Notes under the pieces: generated by a model
The model's input: only the letters and a program-made list of their open reading frames with translations
The model's database searches: none
Told to the model about the DNA's origin: nothing
DNA from: Candidatus Magasanikiibacteriota bacterium
GTDB taxonomy: Bacteria; Patescibacteriota; Patescibacteriia; Magasanikbacterales; UBA922
Direction of reading: 5' to 3'
Length of the DNA stretch: 64,000 nucleotides
Assembly: GCA_016193335.1 (NCBI GenBank)
Contig: JACPSK010000001.1
Span: 519,738-583,737, forward strand
Shown here: piece by piece, positions 26,647-36,436 of the stretch
Layout: each line of letters starts with the position of its first letter
Position numbering within the stretch: position 1 is the first letter of the stretch
Made by a program: the position numbers and the translations under genes

Positions 26647-27429
26647 TCATTTTATAGCCCTATATGCTTTGCTCACGTCGAGAGCATCAAGCACGAAACG
26701 TATAAGCAAATACGCGCTAAAAGCTATGATAAGACCCACCACCGCGGCTATCAATATCTGTTGGCCTTTTTTCACCCGTTCAGCGTTGCCGGCAGAGAAA
26801 ATCATCATAAATCCGCCATACACAAACATCACAAAGGCAAGAGAACCGATAAGCGCGAAAAGATTGTCTCCCCAGTTCAAAATAAGAGTGATAAATACGT
26901 CAGCGTCGCGGCAAGTGTCGTCAAAAACACAAGGGGGAAGCGGACCTTTGTACCCGGGAGGCGGGCCGAGCTTGCCTCCGTAGCCGCCGGAGGGGTCGGC
27001 TTCCGAATCTTCCGATGCCTCTTCTGGAGCAGGGCCGGCTTCAGGACTATCCGCAGGCAATAATTTTATGGTCAACGTAGTCTGTATTTTTTCTTCCTGG
27101 CTGTCTTTGTGAGCCGCAGAAACCTGTAGTTTCATTTCCCCTCCTACCCCACCACCTACTTTGTTACCATCAAAAGTTATGATCAAAGACCCTTCTTCTT
27201 CATCTTTTTCCGCTGACAGATATTCTAATTTCCCACATTCTTCGCACCAATACACTGAATCTTTTCCAGCAGTAGTATACAAAATAAATTGAGTCGCTTC
27301 ACTTTTTTTTACCTCATATTCTGTCTGTATGTTACTCCATTCAATTGCGACTGCCGATACAAAAACAGGTGCTGCCAACAATAAAAACCCTATAAAAAAA
27401 TACAATATCCTTATTTTTGTTTTGTTCAT
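26647..27429 (-). CDS. TrbC/VirB2-like pilin paralog 10 with N-terminal beta-rich ectodomain
   Basis: C-terminal core LFALIGSLAFVMFVYGGFMMIFSAGNAERVKKGQQILIAAVVGLIIAFSAYLLIRFV. The likely start is MNKTKIRIL. Confidence 0.6.
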   Translation of the reverse strand: MNKTKIRILYFFIGFLLLAAPVFVSAVAIEWSNIQTEYEVKKSEATQFILYTTAGKDSVYWCEECGKLEYLSAEKDEEEGSLIITFDGNKVGGGVGGEMKLQVSAAHKDSQEEKIQTTLTIKLLPADSPEAGPAPEEASEDSEADPSGGYGGKLGPPPGYKGPLPPCVFDDTCRDADVFITLILNWGDNLFALIGSLAFVMFVYGGFMMIFSAGNAERVKKGQQILIAAVVGLIIAFSAYLLIRFVLDALDVSKAYRAIK

Positions 27430-27443
27430 ATCAAATCTTGACC

Positions 27444-28868
27444 TCACATCGTCTGTTGCACCACGCGGGCGGTATTAAGAATTAAATCCACGTCCCGTTT
27501 TACCGGATCTTTTTCATCTTCATACGGTCTGTTGTACAAAGTAACCAAATCTTTGAAAGCTTTGTCGGCTTCGTCTACGTCTCTTCCATTATACCAGTTT
27601 TGCGCGAATAATACTTGCGAGGCAAAGGGCGCGAGGTCTTCATTTTCTTGCTGTGCGGTTATCTGCGCTCGGATCGGACTTGGCTGGAGACTCGCGTCTG
27701 TGTATTCCTTTACTTTTTCAGGACTCGTGATATAGCGGACAAAATCCCAGGCTTCGTCCGCGTGCGCTGTTTTCTTGGATACTGATTCAAGCCAATAATT
27801 CGCCACATTTACCGGCGAGGCCGGATTCAGCTGTGGCATGGGTATCACGGAAAGATTCATGCCCGGAGCTCTGGACAAAATTCTGCTCCGATCAAAAGCA
27901 TAACCGAAATAAAATACATTTTTACCTCTTACAAAAGAAGTGAAGGCATCGTCCATACTGTCATTCCAACTGTAGGCTTCTTTATTCGGGTTCGCGAAAT
28001 CCGCATAAAAACGAAGCGCCTGCATGGTGGGGTGATTCAAACGAATTTTGTCTATATCCGTGGCAAAAGTTACTGAATTGTTTGAAGCCATTTGCACCCC
28101 ATTTTGCAACATTAGAAGACTGAGAATATCAAAAGTATTGTCTATGTTGGCGCTGGTGCCGAGAGCCACGCCGGATTGAATAATGGATCCGCTCGAGCTA
28201 AACTTGGTGCTTTTTTTCACGGCTTCCACGAATTCATCCCAAGTGGCCGGAGGCTCCGGAATACCAGCCTTGTCCAACAAATCTTTGTTGTAATAAATGG
28301 CAAGAGCGTCCAAAGCCAAGGGCAATCCGTACACATCTCCTGACCGTATGGCGTCGGCTCCAACCGACTGTACATACGCCGAACGAATGGACTTTACCGA
28401 AGGCATGGTATTTGTCTCCTGTATCACCTCTATTTCCTTATTCAATTTGCTTTTGAGCTGTAAACGGGAAACCTGGACTTGAGACGGCATAATTCCAAGA
28501 CGCGTCCTGTATTTACCCAGCCATCTTACATTCATGGACACGATGTCCGGACCCACGTCGTCCGCGAGAGCATTGGTGAAGAGCCGATCAAACTCATCAT
28601 AGCGAACCTGGCGTATGCTCACGGTAACGTAGGGACGTATCTTTTTGTATTCCTGAGCGAATTTTTCCAGTTGTTCGAGATTGTTGTACACTGTCCAATA
28701 ATTCAAAACCACCGGGCTTACCGCCTGTTTTTCTTCGGCAGAGAGTCCTTTGCATCCAAAACCGAAAAATACCAAAAAAACTGCTACAGTGGCTATTTTT
28801 TTGAATCCAATTGTTTTGAAAATATTCATCTTTTGTAATTGCACATTCCGAAATAAAAATCTAGACAT
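27444..28868 (-). CDS. Extracellular solute-binding lipoprotein (ABC transporter SBP family 1, sugar-type), orphan
   Basis: Lipobox-like FGFGCKG after a signal peptide. SBP_bac_1-like fold motifs include GPDIVSMNVRWLGKY, IYYNKDLLDKAGIPEPPATWDEF and NVFYFGYAFD. No permease or ATPase genes are adjacent. Confidence 0.65.
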   Translation of the reverse strand: MSRFLFRNVQLQKMNIFKTIGFKKIATVAVFLVFFGFGCKGLSAEEKQAVSPVVLNYWTVYNNLEQLEKFAQEYKKIRPYVTVSIRQVRYDEFDRLFTNALADDVGPDIVSMNVRWLGKYRTRLGIMPSQVQVSRLQLKSKLNKEIEVIQETNTMPSVKSIRSAYVQSVGADAIRSGDVYGLPLALDALAIYYNKDLLDKAGIPEPPATWDEFVEAVKKSTKFSSSGSIIQSGVALGTSANIDNTFDILSLLMLQNGVQMASNNSVTFATDIDKIRLNHPTMQALRFYADFANPNKEAYSWNDSMDDAFTSFVRGKNVFYFGYAFDRSRILSRAPGMNLSVIPMPQLNPASPVNVANYWLESVSKKTAHADEAWDFVRYITSPEKVKEYTDASLQPSPIRAQITAQQENEDLAPFASQVLFAQNWYNGRDVDEADKAFKDLVTLYNRPYEDEKDPVKRDVDLILNTARVVQQTM

Positions 28869-29008
28869 TGAAGATCATCCTCTTCCTCTTTCGGAAATAA
28901 TTGCATGAACAACGTGCCATTATTATAGCACTCAAAACGCTCCAAACCAAGATGCCCAATATTTCATTTATTTTTTGTTCCACAAAATGCCCAGAATGCC
29001 CGCCCTTT

Positions 29009-30004
29009 TCAACTCAAAGCCCCAAAAATAAGACCGGACAAGGCATAGCTTGCGAGTATCACAATCACGCCGAGCGCGCCCCAAATCAAAATGTTCCATG
29101 CTTTTTTGGTGTCTTCCGCAGAGCCGCCTGAAGTCATATATACAAAACCGCCGTACATAAACATTATGAGGGCTATAGTGCCGAGGATGCTCAAGGCCGC
29201 CTTTATCATTTTCCCGATCAGAACATTAAAAGTAATTCCTCCCAACTTGTTAAGCCGAGAGATGCCTGCTACGCCGCCGCCAGACCCAAACCCGCCGCCA
29301 GACCCATCACCGGTCCCGCCGCCAACACCATCCCCAGCTCCTTTCTCTGGTTCATCCGGAACTACAAACGTGCTACCCTTGCACGCAACCTCTGGTATCA
29401 CCCACCCACTACTACCATTTGGAAGCGTATATGTATAATAATACTTAGCCTCTGAATTAAGTAAACTCTCAGGAAAACAGAGAGTTCCTCCGTCACTGGC
29501 AGTTACGTCCCAATCTTCCATAGATTCAACATCCACGGCTTTGAATTTTGCAAATATATTCTTAGGCCATGGATAACATTTTTTTTGTGATCCATCTTGT
29601 TTGATTGAGAGATGATCATTTTTCACTTCTACATCAGTCCCTTCCTTGCCAAGCGCTGCCTCAAAAGCAGTTTTTGCGTACTTCAATAAATTATCTTTCT
29701 CACCCTTCTGGTATAAAAATGACATTGTAACACTTTTTCCCCCAGTCTCTCCATCAATAAAAAGATTTTGATACAGGCAATCATTAAAGTTTAGGGGACA
29801 ATCAGATCCGCTACTATCACAGGCTTTCTTGGTCGCCTCATTCATAAATGCGCCCTTAAAAGAACAGATACATTGATATGCTGTTTCTCCAGGGACCAAA
29901 TGCGAGTCTGCGCTCACTGGATTTGCATGAACAAACACCATAAATACAGACACACTTAAACAAGCCCCTAAAAATAAACACTGTATGTAACCATATATAC
30001 TCAT
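29009..30004 (-). CDS. TrbC/VirB2-like pilin paralog 11 with large N-terminal Cys-containing ectodomain and Gly-rich spacer
   Basis: C-terminal core LSILGTIALIMFMYGGFVYMTSGGSAEDTKKAWNILIWGALGVIVILASYALSGLI, preceded by GGGTGDGSGGGFGSGGG. Confidence 0.6.
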   Translation of the reverse strand: MSIYGYIQCLFLGACLSVSVFMVFVHANPVSADSHLVPGETAYQCICSFKGAFMNEATKKACDSSGSDCPLNFNDCLYQNLFIDGETGGKSVTMSFLYQKGEKDNLLKYAKTAFEAALGKEGTDVEVKNDHLSIKQDGSQKKCYPWPKNIFAKFKAVDVESMEDWDVTASDGGTLCFPESLLNSEAKYYYTYTLPNGSSGWVIPEVACKGSTFVVPDEPEKGAGDGVGGGTGDGSGGGFGSGGGVAGISRLNKLGGITFNVLIGKMIKAALSILGTIALIMFMYGGFVYMTSGGSAEDTKKAWNILIWGALGVIVILASYALSGLIFGALS

Positions 30005-30870
30005 ACAAATAATTTTTCTATTTCTCCATCTATAAATGGATCCTTTTTCGCGAAATGAATCGCGGTTTTGAGCAAAGCCAGTTTAGTGCCTGTGTCAAAA
30101 TAAACGCCTTCATACTCATAGGCGTAAAAGGGCTTCTGCCCAGCCAGCGCGTTTGCCGCGTCCGCGAGCCAAATCTCGCCGCCCTTGCCTTCCTTTTGCT
30201 TCTCAAGCACAGGCCAGAGATCTTTGGTAAACACATACCTCATGCCACCCACTATCAGGCCCTGAGGCGACACGTCTTTTTCACTCGGTTTTTCTTTAAA
30301 AGCCTGCACTTTAAAAACCTTCGGGTCTTTTGTCTTATTACCATACACATTCCCGTATTTGGTCATGGCTTTCTTGTCCTGAATATGTTGCACACCTATC
30401 ACCGAAGCCTTTTTCTTATAAAACACATCCAGCAATTGTTTTACCACCGGGGTCGTGGAATCTATAATACTGTCGCCGTCTGAAAATACAAAAGATTCTT
30501 CCCCCACAAATTCCCTGGCGCAGAGTAAGGCATCGCCGTTTCCTTTTGGTGATGATTGCCTGGTATAAAAAAAACGAACTTTCTTCGTTAATTCCACCAA
30601 AGGAGCTATGCGATCATAGGAACCTTTCTTTTTCAAAAAAAATTCATAATCATGATTACGATCAAAATGATCTTCTATGGCTCGCTTCTGGGAGCTGGTC
30701 ACAAAAATTATTTCCGTGATGCCACTCTCCGCCATTTCTTCAACAATATATTGCACCACCGGCTTATCCAAGACCGGAAGCATTTCCTTGGGCATGGCTT
30801 TGGTGGCTGGCAAAAAACGAGTCCCCAATCCGGCTACGGTTATTACTCCTTTTCGTACATTCTGTCTCAT
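30001..30870 (-). CDS. galU: UTP--glucose-1-phosphate uridylyltransferase
   Basis: GVITVAGLGTRFLPATKAMPKEMLPV nucleotide-binding loop, and the overall GalU pattern of ~290 aa. Confidence 0.85.
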   Translation of the reverse strand: MRQNVRKGVITVAGLGTRFLPATKAMPKEMLPVLDKPVVQYIVEEMAESGITEIIFVTSSQKRAIEDHFDRNHDYEFFLKKKGSYDRIAPLVELTKKVRFFYTRQSSPKGNGDALLCAREFVGEESFVFSDGDSIIDSTTPVVKQLLDVFYKKKASVIGVQHIQDKKAMTKYGNVYGNKTKDPKVFKVQAFKEKPSEKDVSPQGLIVGGMRYVFTKDLWPVLEKQKEGKGGEIWLADAANALAGQKPFYAYEYEGVYFDTGTKLALLKTAIHFAKKDPFIDGEIEKLFV

Positions 30871-30944
30871 ACGAGAATAAAAATTTTTAATTTTTCTTCC
30901 CCTCTATTGTAACATGCTCTCTGTTCTTTTTCCATGCGCCCGGC

Positions 30945-32378
30945 CTATTCAATCTCTTCCCAACTCAAAAGTTCATAAGTCCCGCTCGTGGGGAATCCTG
31001 GCGGCGTATGAAAAAGCAAGTTCGAATCGTACACATGAGTAGTGTTTATGAAACCGGACACTACCGGATCTCCCCATTTCCAACCTCCCCCGCCGTATGA
31101 AATCTGGGATCCAAAAAATAACAAACTGTTTTTTACGCTCGCATTGTAGCTTGGATTATAATAAGGCCTAGCTATCTGTCCAAATTGAGACAAGGCCGCG
31201 GCGTCAATCTCCATATCGTCAGGAACTTTAAAAGGCACAATAATATCGCCCTGGGCTATCAAACCCAATACATCGTCTCCTGCTTTTTCTTTGTAAGTGA
31301 GATTGTTGTTTATATATAATTCTTGATAGGTAGGTTCCAAAACCGGGAACCTTCCGGCGACTACGGTTACCCGTCCGTCTACCAAGCCTTCAACCCATAT
31401 ATCGTCTTCCACGAAAATAACACCGTTTCCGGGAATCTGCTTTGTTTCCACAAAAGACTCGGCAAGAATGTCATAACAATTGAGAGATCCTGTCCACCAC
31501 CACCATTTAAAAAATCCCTTGCCTTTGTAACACTCGCGAGAAGACACTTTGTACAAATCAAAAACTCCTCCATCTTTAAAGACTATATGCCAACCTTCCT
31601 GTCCGGATGAATTCAAATGCAGACCTCCATCATCGGCGAGATCACGGATTTGGGCCATGTCAGCGCTTATAGCTTCAAAATTCTTCGAGGCCACGGGAAA
31701 TTGCCAAAATTCTTGTGGGCCTCCATTACCCCAGATACCGGGTTTGCTATTCCCGCCTTGATAAAAATACGTTTCTCTGGCGCTCTCTACCAGAGCGTCC
31801 GTGGTGGCGTCAAAACGTATGCCACCGTTTGAATGCACTTTCCCGTGCACCTCAGTGGTATTGCTAAACCTCATATCAGCATTTTCCAAAAAAGCGAAAT
31901 CGCTGAGAGAAGAGAGGCCAAAACTTGCTTTTACGCTGCGTGTGTCACTGCTGTTATGTGCGGTCCAACCGGTTGATTGTATCGTTACAATCGTAGAGCC
32001 GGATGGCGGTGGATCTATTTCCAATGAAAAATACCCCAACAAATTTCCGTCTTTGTCTTTATATTCATGTATATATGGCCCTGGCCCTTCTGTGCCATCA
32101 GTATAATCTTCAGGATCATGCGCCAGGTGCCAGCGATAATATTCTATGCCTGCCTCTGCCACATGAAAGGCGTTCGCTCGATTAAACACTCTGTTTGAGG
32201 TCTTATTTTCAAACAAGGCATAGCCGGCGACACCACTCACAATGATAGTAAAAGCGACAGATCCGAAAACCATTACATAAACCAAAAGACTGCCGTTTTT
32301 GTCCCGGGTTATCTGTTCCAAAATTCCAAATAATCTTTTAAAAAAATGACGATGCGGCGCGGATTTCATAAAAATCAA
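30945..32378 (-). CDS. Type IV pilus minor pilin, PilX-like
   Basis: N-terminal hydrophobic helix followed by the PilX_N signature ...ANAFHVAEAGIEYYRWHL. 477 aa. Confidence 0.5.
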   Translation of the reverse strand: MIFMKSAPHRHFFKRLFGILEQITRDKNGSLLVYVMVFGSVAFTIIVSGVAGYALFENKTSNRVFNRANAFHVAEAGIEYYRWHLAHDPEDYTDGTEGPGPYIHEYKDKDGNLLGYFSLEIDPPPSGSTIVTIQSTGWTAHNSSDTRSVKASFGLSSLSDFAFLENADMRFSNTTEVHGKVHSNGGIRFDATTDALVESARETYFYQGGNSKPGIWGNGGPQEFWQFPVASKNFEAISADMAQIRDLADDGGLHLNSSGQEGWHIVFKDGGVFDLYKVSSRECYKGKGFFKWWWWTGSLNCYDILAESFVETKQIPGNGVIFVEDDIWVEGLVDGRVTVVAGRFPVLEPTYQELYINNNLTYKEKAGDDVLGLIAQGDIIVPFKVPDDMEIDAAALSQFGQIARPYYNPSYNASVKNSLLFFGSQISYGGGGWKWGDPVVSGFINTTHVYDSNLLFHTPPGFPTSGTYELLSWEEIE

Positions 32379-32998
32379 TTTGATTTTAAATTCCTTATCT
32401 GTACCGTGCTCTCCACATGAAAAGGCGCCGGACTTTTGGCTGGATTCTTTTCAAGTTCCAACTGAATCTTTACCATTCTGACCTGAATGGGAACGGCCGG
32501 GGTTTCAAGCGGATCTTCACTGCCGCTGTAGGTTTCATCAAAATACATAAAAACAGGCTTATTCTCTGCTTGGTTTACTACTTCATGCGCCACTTCTGTG
32601 GATGATTCAGAATCCAAATCATATCCGAGAGGAGAACCGCTTGGTTTAATGACTCCTTTTTTAAGCGTACTGTCTTGAAGCCAAAAACGAACTCGTTCAA
32701 TCAAAGCATCTTTGTCTACGTTGGCATAAAATATAAATTCATTATCATCGGCCAAAACAATGGGATACGATCCGATGCTCGAATTTTGCGCTCTCCTCAT
32801 ATCGTCTGAAGTTTGACGCAGTATGTTTCTTCCATCGCTCTGCGCCGCAAGCTGTTCCCAAATCACGCTATTGTCACGCAAACCGCGTATCACCAACCAA
32901 GTCGCGGCCGCGCTTATTAAACTAAAAATACCTATGGAAACAATAAGCTCTATGGCAGAAAATCCGAGATTCTTTTTATTGAAAGGTTTCCTGAACAT
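32375..32998 (-). CDS. Type IV pilin-like minor pilin (prepilin N-terminal methylation motif)
   Basis: KKNLG|FSAIELIVSIGIFSLI matches the class III signal peptide G|F(T/S)xxE. The likely start is MFRKPFNKK. Confidence 0.55.
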   Translation of the reverse strand: MFRKPFNKKNLGFSAIELIVSIGIFSLISAAATWLVIRGLRDNSVIWEQLAAQSDGRNILRQTSDDMRRAQNSSIGSYPIVLADDNEFIFYANVDKDALIERVRFWLQDSTLKKGVIKPSGSPLGYDLDSESSTEVAHEVVNQAENKPVFMYFDETYSGSEDPLETPAVPIQVRMVKIQLELEKNPAKSPAPFHVESTVQIRNLKSN

Positions 32999-33033
32999 TA
33001 AATTTTGGGCTAAAATTTTCACTAATTCCCTAC

Positions 33034-34884
33034 TCAATTCCCTTGGCTCACCATATCAACGATCACCGACACATCATTCTCCACATTCACCGTCGTGCTG
33101 TAATTTTGATACCCTTCTTTCTCCACTTCCACGGTGTAGTCGCCCGAAGCAAGGGAGGCGTACGCTTGGCCAGGAGGCACGCAACCATTAACAAAGGTAA
33201 ACGAAACATCGGATAATACGGGAGTTTCTGTATTTAGATCACTATGCAAGTAAACCTTATATCTCAGATACCGGTTGCCCTTTTGCGCTGAGCTCAAAGA
33301 ATCATAGCCTGTAGTATAAAAGGTATTCGGGGTACCGTCTGGGCCCAGATAATTCCACTCGGTGCTCGTGGCGCTTGCCGCGGTCGCGATTTGAAATTTC
33401 AGGCTTGTTGCCTCTGGTTGATTCGCCGGTTCCCAAATTAAATTCACATATTCCACAGAAAACCCAGTATCAAATACAGAAGATTCCAATTCTCCGTCTG
33501 AGACATAGAATTGCCCGATTTTCGCCAATTTGAGATCCCCCGCGGGAGACTGAGTATCCACCCCGGCGTCATCAGCCCAATATTTTTGTTCATTGTCCAT
33601 AAATTGTTGTCCTCCTCCGAGCGACCAATCGCTTTGACGCAAACTGCCCAGACCGGTAATAAATTGTTTGTCATTGGCCCCGGATTTGAGCATCCTGACC
33701 AGAGCGTTTGAAAGCGGCTGAAGAGTAACACTATCCCTCACCGTCACTAAGAGAGAGTGTTTGGTGTTTTTACCCACCACAAGCCGTACAGGCTGATCAA
33801 TCCCGGGCAATAAAGTAAAGGGTAGAGGAGGAATGCTTCCTATAAGGTCATAATCTTCCAAAAATACGGCATACGCGTCCCACTCCACATTTTGAAAAGT
33901 GTACAAGCCGGCTCCATCTGTTTCCACCTCACGGTCAAATTTGAGAATATCCGGATTTGTACCAAGCAATTTCGTACCCTGAATATCCAGTTCCACGTAC
34001 GGCTCGACATCACATTTCAAATCTAAAGTGGAGATCGAAATCGAAGAAACTTTATCTATAAAAAAACTCTCTTCTGTCAAATCCCCGGCGACCACGCTAA
34101 GAGGTTGCATGCTCGGATTCGACACTTCATCCGTGGGCATCATAGTTTGATCTGTGATATAGCCGGTCTTAGAGACTACAACACCATACGCTCGAGTTCC
34201 AAAGCCCAAATCCAACAGACGCAGTTTTCCATTCTTATCCGTGGTATCCACGAGATCTATGGGAGTGTCTGTGGAAGTGGCCGTAATATGAACGCTGGCC
34301 CCTTGAACCGGTACAGCTTCGGCGTCAAAAACACTTATGAATAAAGCGCCATGATCAGGATCGCCCTCCAAATATTGAGGGGCTATCGTGGTTTGGACAG
34401 ACAAAGGTTTTGTCTGTCTGCAACTCGCGCAGCTTACTTCCACCACCACCAATTTATAATCCGCCGGAGCTGTGTCGTTTGGATTCCCGCCGATAAGGCC
34501 ATCAAACGAGTCATCAATATTCCTTACTGTTCTTGTAAGCACAAAATCTATTCCATTGCGCGAGCTGGTACTCGTCCTGTCCAATACTCCCAAAGGATTA
34601 CCCCCCACAAGGCCAAGGTCATGGAAAGCGAGATTATGAACAATTTCGATTTCCTCATTCAAAATCGCGCTCTCCAAAATAGTAATTCTTGATTGGTACA
34701 CAACTTTGAGAATTATTTGAGTTCCTCCATATATTCCCAACACAAACAACGCAAAAATACCGATTGCCACAATCATCTCTACCAAAGAGAAACCCGGCCT
34801 CGAAACAGCTCTATACTTGTAAAAAAAGACAGACACGTTAGAAAGATAAAAGAAAAAATTCACCTTTGACTCAAACTCACTCAT
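33034..34884 (-). CDS. Large type IV pilin-like minor pilin (PilV/PilW-type with extended C-terminal domains)
   Basis: SRPG|FSLVEMIVAIGIFALFV prepilin motif, followed by ~570 aa of beta-rich sequence. Confidence 0.55.
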   Translation of the reverse strand: MSEFESKVNFFFYLSNVSVFFYKYRAVSRPGFSLVEMIVAIGIFALFVLGIYGGTQIILKVVYQSRITILESAILNEEIEIVHNLAFHDLGLVGGNPLGVLDRTSTSSRNGIDFVLTRTVRNIDDSFDGLIGGNPNDTAPADYKLVVVEVSCASCRQTKPLSVQTTIAPQYLEGDPDHGALFISVFDAEAVPVQGASVHITATSTDTPIDLVDTTDKNGKLRLLDLGFGTRAYGVVVSKTGYITDQTMMPTDEVSNPSMQPLSVVAGDLTEESFFIDKVSSISISTLDLKCDVEPYVELDIQGTKLLGTNPDILKFDREVETDGAGLYTFQNVEWDAYAVFLEDYDLIGSIPPLPFTLLPGIDQPVRLVVGKNTKHSLLVTVRDSVTLQPLSNALVRMLKSGANDKQFITGLGSLRQSDWSLGGGQQFMDNEQKYWADDAGVDTQSPAGDLKLAKIGQFYVSDGELESSVFDTGFSVEYVNLIWEPANQPEATSLKFQIATAASATSTEWNYLGPDGTPNTFYTTGYDSLSSAQKGNRYLRYKVYLHSDLNTETPVLSDVSFTFVNGCVPPGQAYASLASGDYTVEVEKEGYQNYSTTVNVENDVSVIVDMVSQGN

Positions 34885-34983
34885 CCAAAAAGCACAGACT
34901 TACATTTCGGTTTAGACAAAATGACATACAAAATAAAATTCAGCAGACCAAATAAATTCTCTCTCAGTAAACCCATGCGGCAT

Positions 34984-35460
34984 TCACTCCAAACCGACTT
35001 CTCTCATCATAGCGCTTACCATCTCTTCAGCCTGTTTTATAAGCATGACTTCGCTTAGATCAGTTCTTTTTTGCTCTCTAAGAACATTGATCTGTTCCCT
35101 TACCAAGTCTCCTCTCATTTTTTTAAGTTCATCTTTATATTGGGAGATACGTTCTTGCAAATCGGATATCCGTTTTTTGTCTTGGAGCACCGAAGCGTCT
35201 TCCTCTGTTTGTGTCAGCTGAAGTTGTTCTCTCAATTCTTTCAAAGCCTTCAAAACCTCTTGCATGTGAATCATGATATTTTGAACCTGCTTTTTACTGC
35301 TTTTTACTTCCCGTACCAAAACGTCAGCGCGTTCCATGGCAGCGCCTGCCTCCAGCTCTTTGCCGAACTCTTCTTTGGCTTCACGTGTTTCAAAATCCCT
35401 TTCAGCAACTTCACGCGAACGTCTGTTTCTTTCATATTGTCGTTCTGTTTCATTTTGCAT
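34984..35460 (-). CDS. Hypothetical coiled-coil protein
   Basis: 158 aa, highly charged, with heptad-like E/K/R/Q-rich sequence. Confidence 0.4.
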   Translation of the reverse strand: MQNETERQYERNRRSREVAERDFETREAKEEFGKELEAGAAMERADVLVREVKSSKKQVQNIMIHMQEVLKALKELREQLQLTQTEEDASVLQDKKRISDLQERISQYKDELKKMRGDLVREQINVLREQKRTDLSEVMLIKQAEEMVSAMMREVGLE

Positions 35461-35680
35461 AAAAATTAAAATAACCGCGGATATTCATTCTTTAAACAGA
35501 TGGGGAACCAATTTTACAAGGAGACAGACACGATACATTATAACAATTTTCATGAAGGAAGCACAGAAAAATGATGCCCTGTCTTTTTATTAGTACATAT
35601 CGATCCTTTCAGAAGGATATCTTGATCAAATACTGAAAGCATATTATACTCTGCCGTAAACTCAAAGTCAGGAGTTCTCT

Positions 35681-35977
35681 ATGATCACGCGCGAGGATAT
35701 GGGGCGTTTGGTACCCGGAACCGTTTTGGTCGGGGTGCAAGGATCCGGGGTGTCGGCGAAGGAGACCCGTTTTCGAGTCGAACGATCTGTCAATTCCGGC
35801 GGATCGATTCAGCTCTGTCTGGTAGAGCTGGCCACCGATAAGCGGGTCGTCTGTTTTGCGTACACTTCCGGCGCCAACCTGGTCTTTTACACAGGTCAGG
35901 CACGCATGGAAGAATTTTGGCATGCTGAGGCGCGGATCGAGGGAAGCCCGAAAGGGCTAGGGGGTCTGCTGGTCTGA
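35681..35977 (+). CDS. Hypothetical protein encoded in a GC-rich (~60%) island
   Basis: 98-aa ORF with a strong RBS (AGGAG 8 nt upstream of ATG). Its GC content and codon usage are discordant with the flanks. Confidence 0.4.
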   Translation: MITREDMGRLVPGTVLVGVQGSGVSAKETRFRVERSVNSGGSIQLCLVELATDKRVVCFAYTSGANLVFYTGQARMEEFWHAEARIEGSPKGLGGLLV

Positions 35978-36120
35978 TAAAAGACCAAAACACCGAGCAC
36001 GCGCTCTTGAAGACATCTCCGGATTACACAGGAGCGCGTGTTCAGAATCAATATATGTAAAAATGTGAAAATTCTAATGAATTCCAGTCAAAACATATCC
36101 GCTTGAACATGATAAAAAAT

Positions 36121-36147
36121 AAAAATCACCTCGCGAGGTGATTTTTA
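36121..36147 (-). terminator. Bidirectional rho-independent terminator downstream of rpsR
   Basis: Perfect palindrome ATCACCTCG/CGAGGTGAT flanked by A-run and T-run. Confidence 0.55.
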
Positions 36148-36208
36148 ATCTACAAAAAATTTGCTAGAAGGTTTTTACTCCGCTTGCGCCAGTAAACCAA
36201 TGGATGAT

Positions 36209-36436
36209 TTACTTTGGCACAAAAGCCATCAAACCTGCTATGCGGGCCTGCTTCACGGATTTAGCCGCTTTGCGTTGGTGCTTGGCGCATAATCCGCTTC
36301 TTTTTCGTGGCGCTATCTTCATGTAAGAGGAGACAAATCTCCTCAGCACTTGTATCTGTTTATAATCAACAGAGCTCAAATCATTGGCACAAAAATAGCA
36401 AGATTTCATTTTTCTTATTTTCTTTGGCATAATCAT
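36209..36436 (-). CDS. rpsR: 30S ribosomal protein S18
   Basis: CYFC...DYKQIQVLRRFVS...RKRSGLCAKHQRKAAKSVKQARIAGL, the canonical S18 pattern. Confidence 0.85.
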   Translation of the reverse strand: MIMPKKIRKMKSCYFCANDLSSVDYKQIQVLRRFVSSYMKIAPRKRSGLCAKHQRKAAKSVKQARIAGLMAFVPK

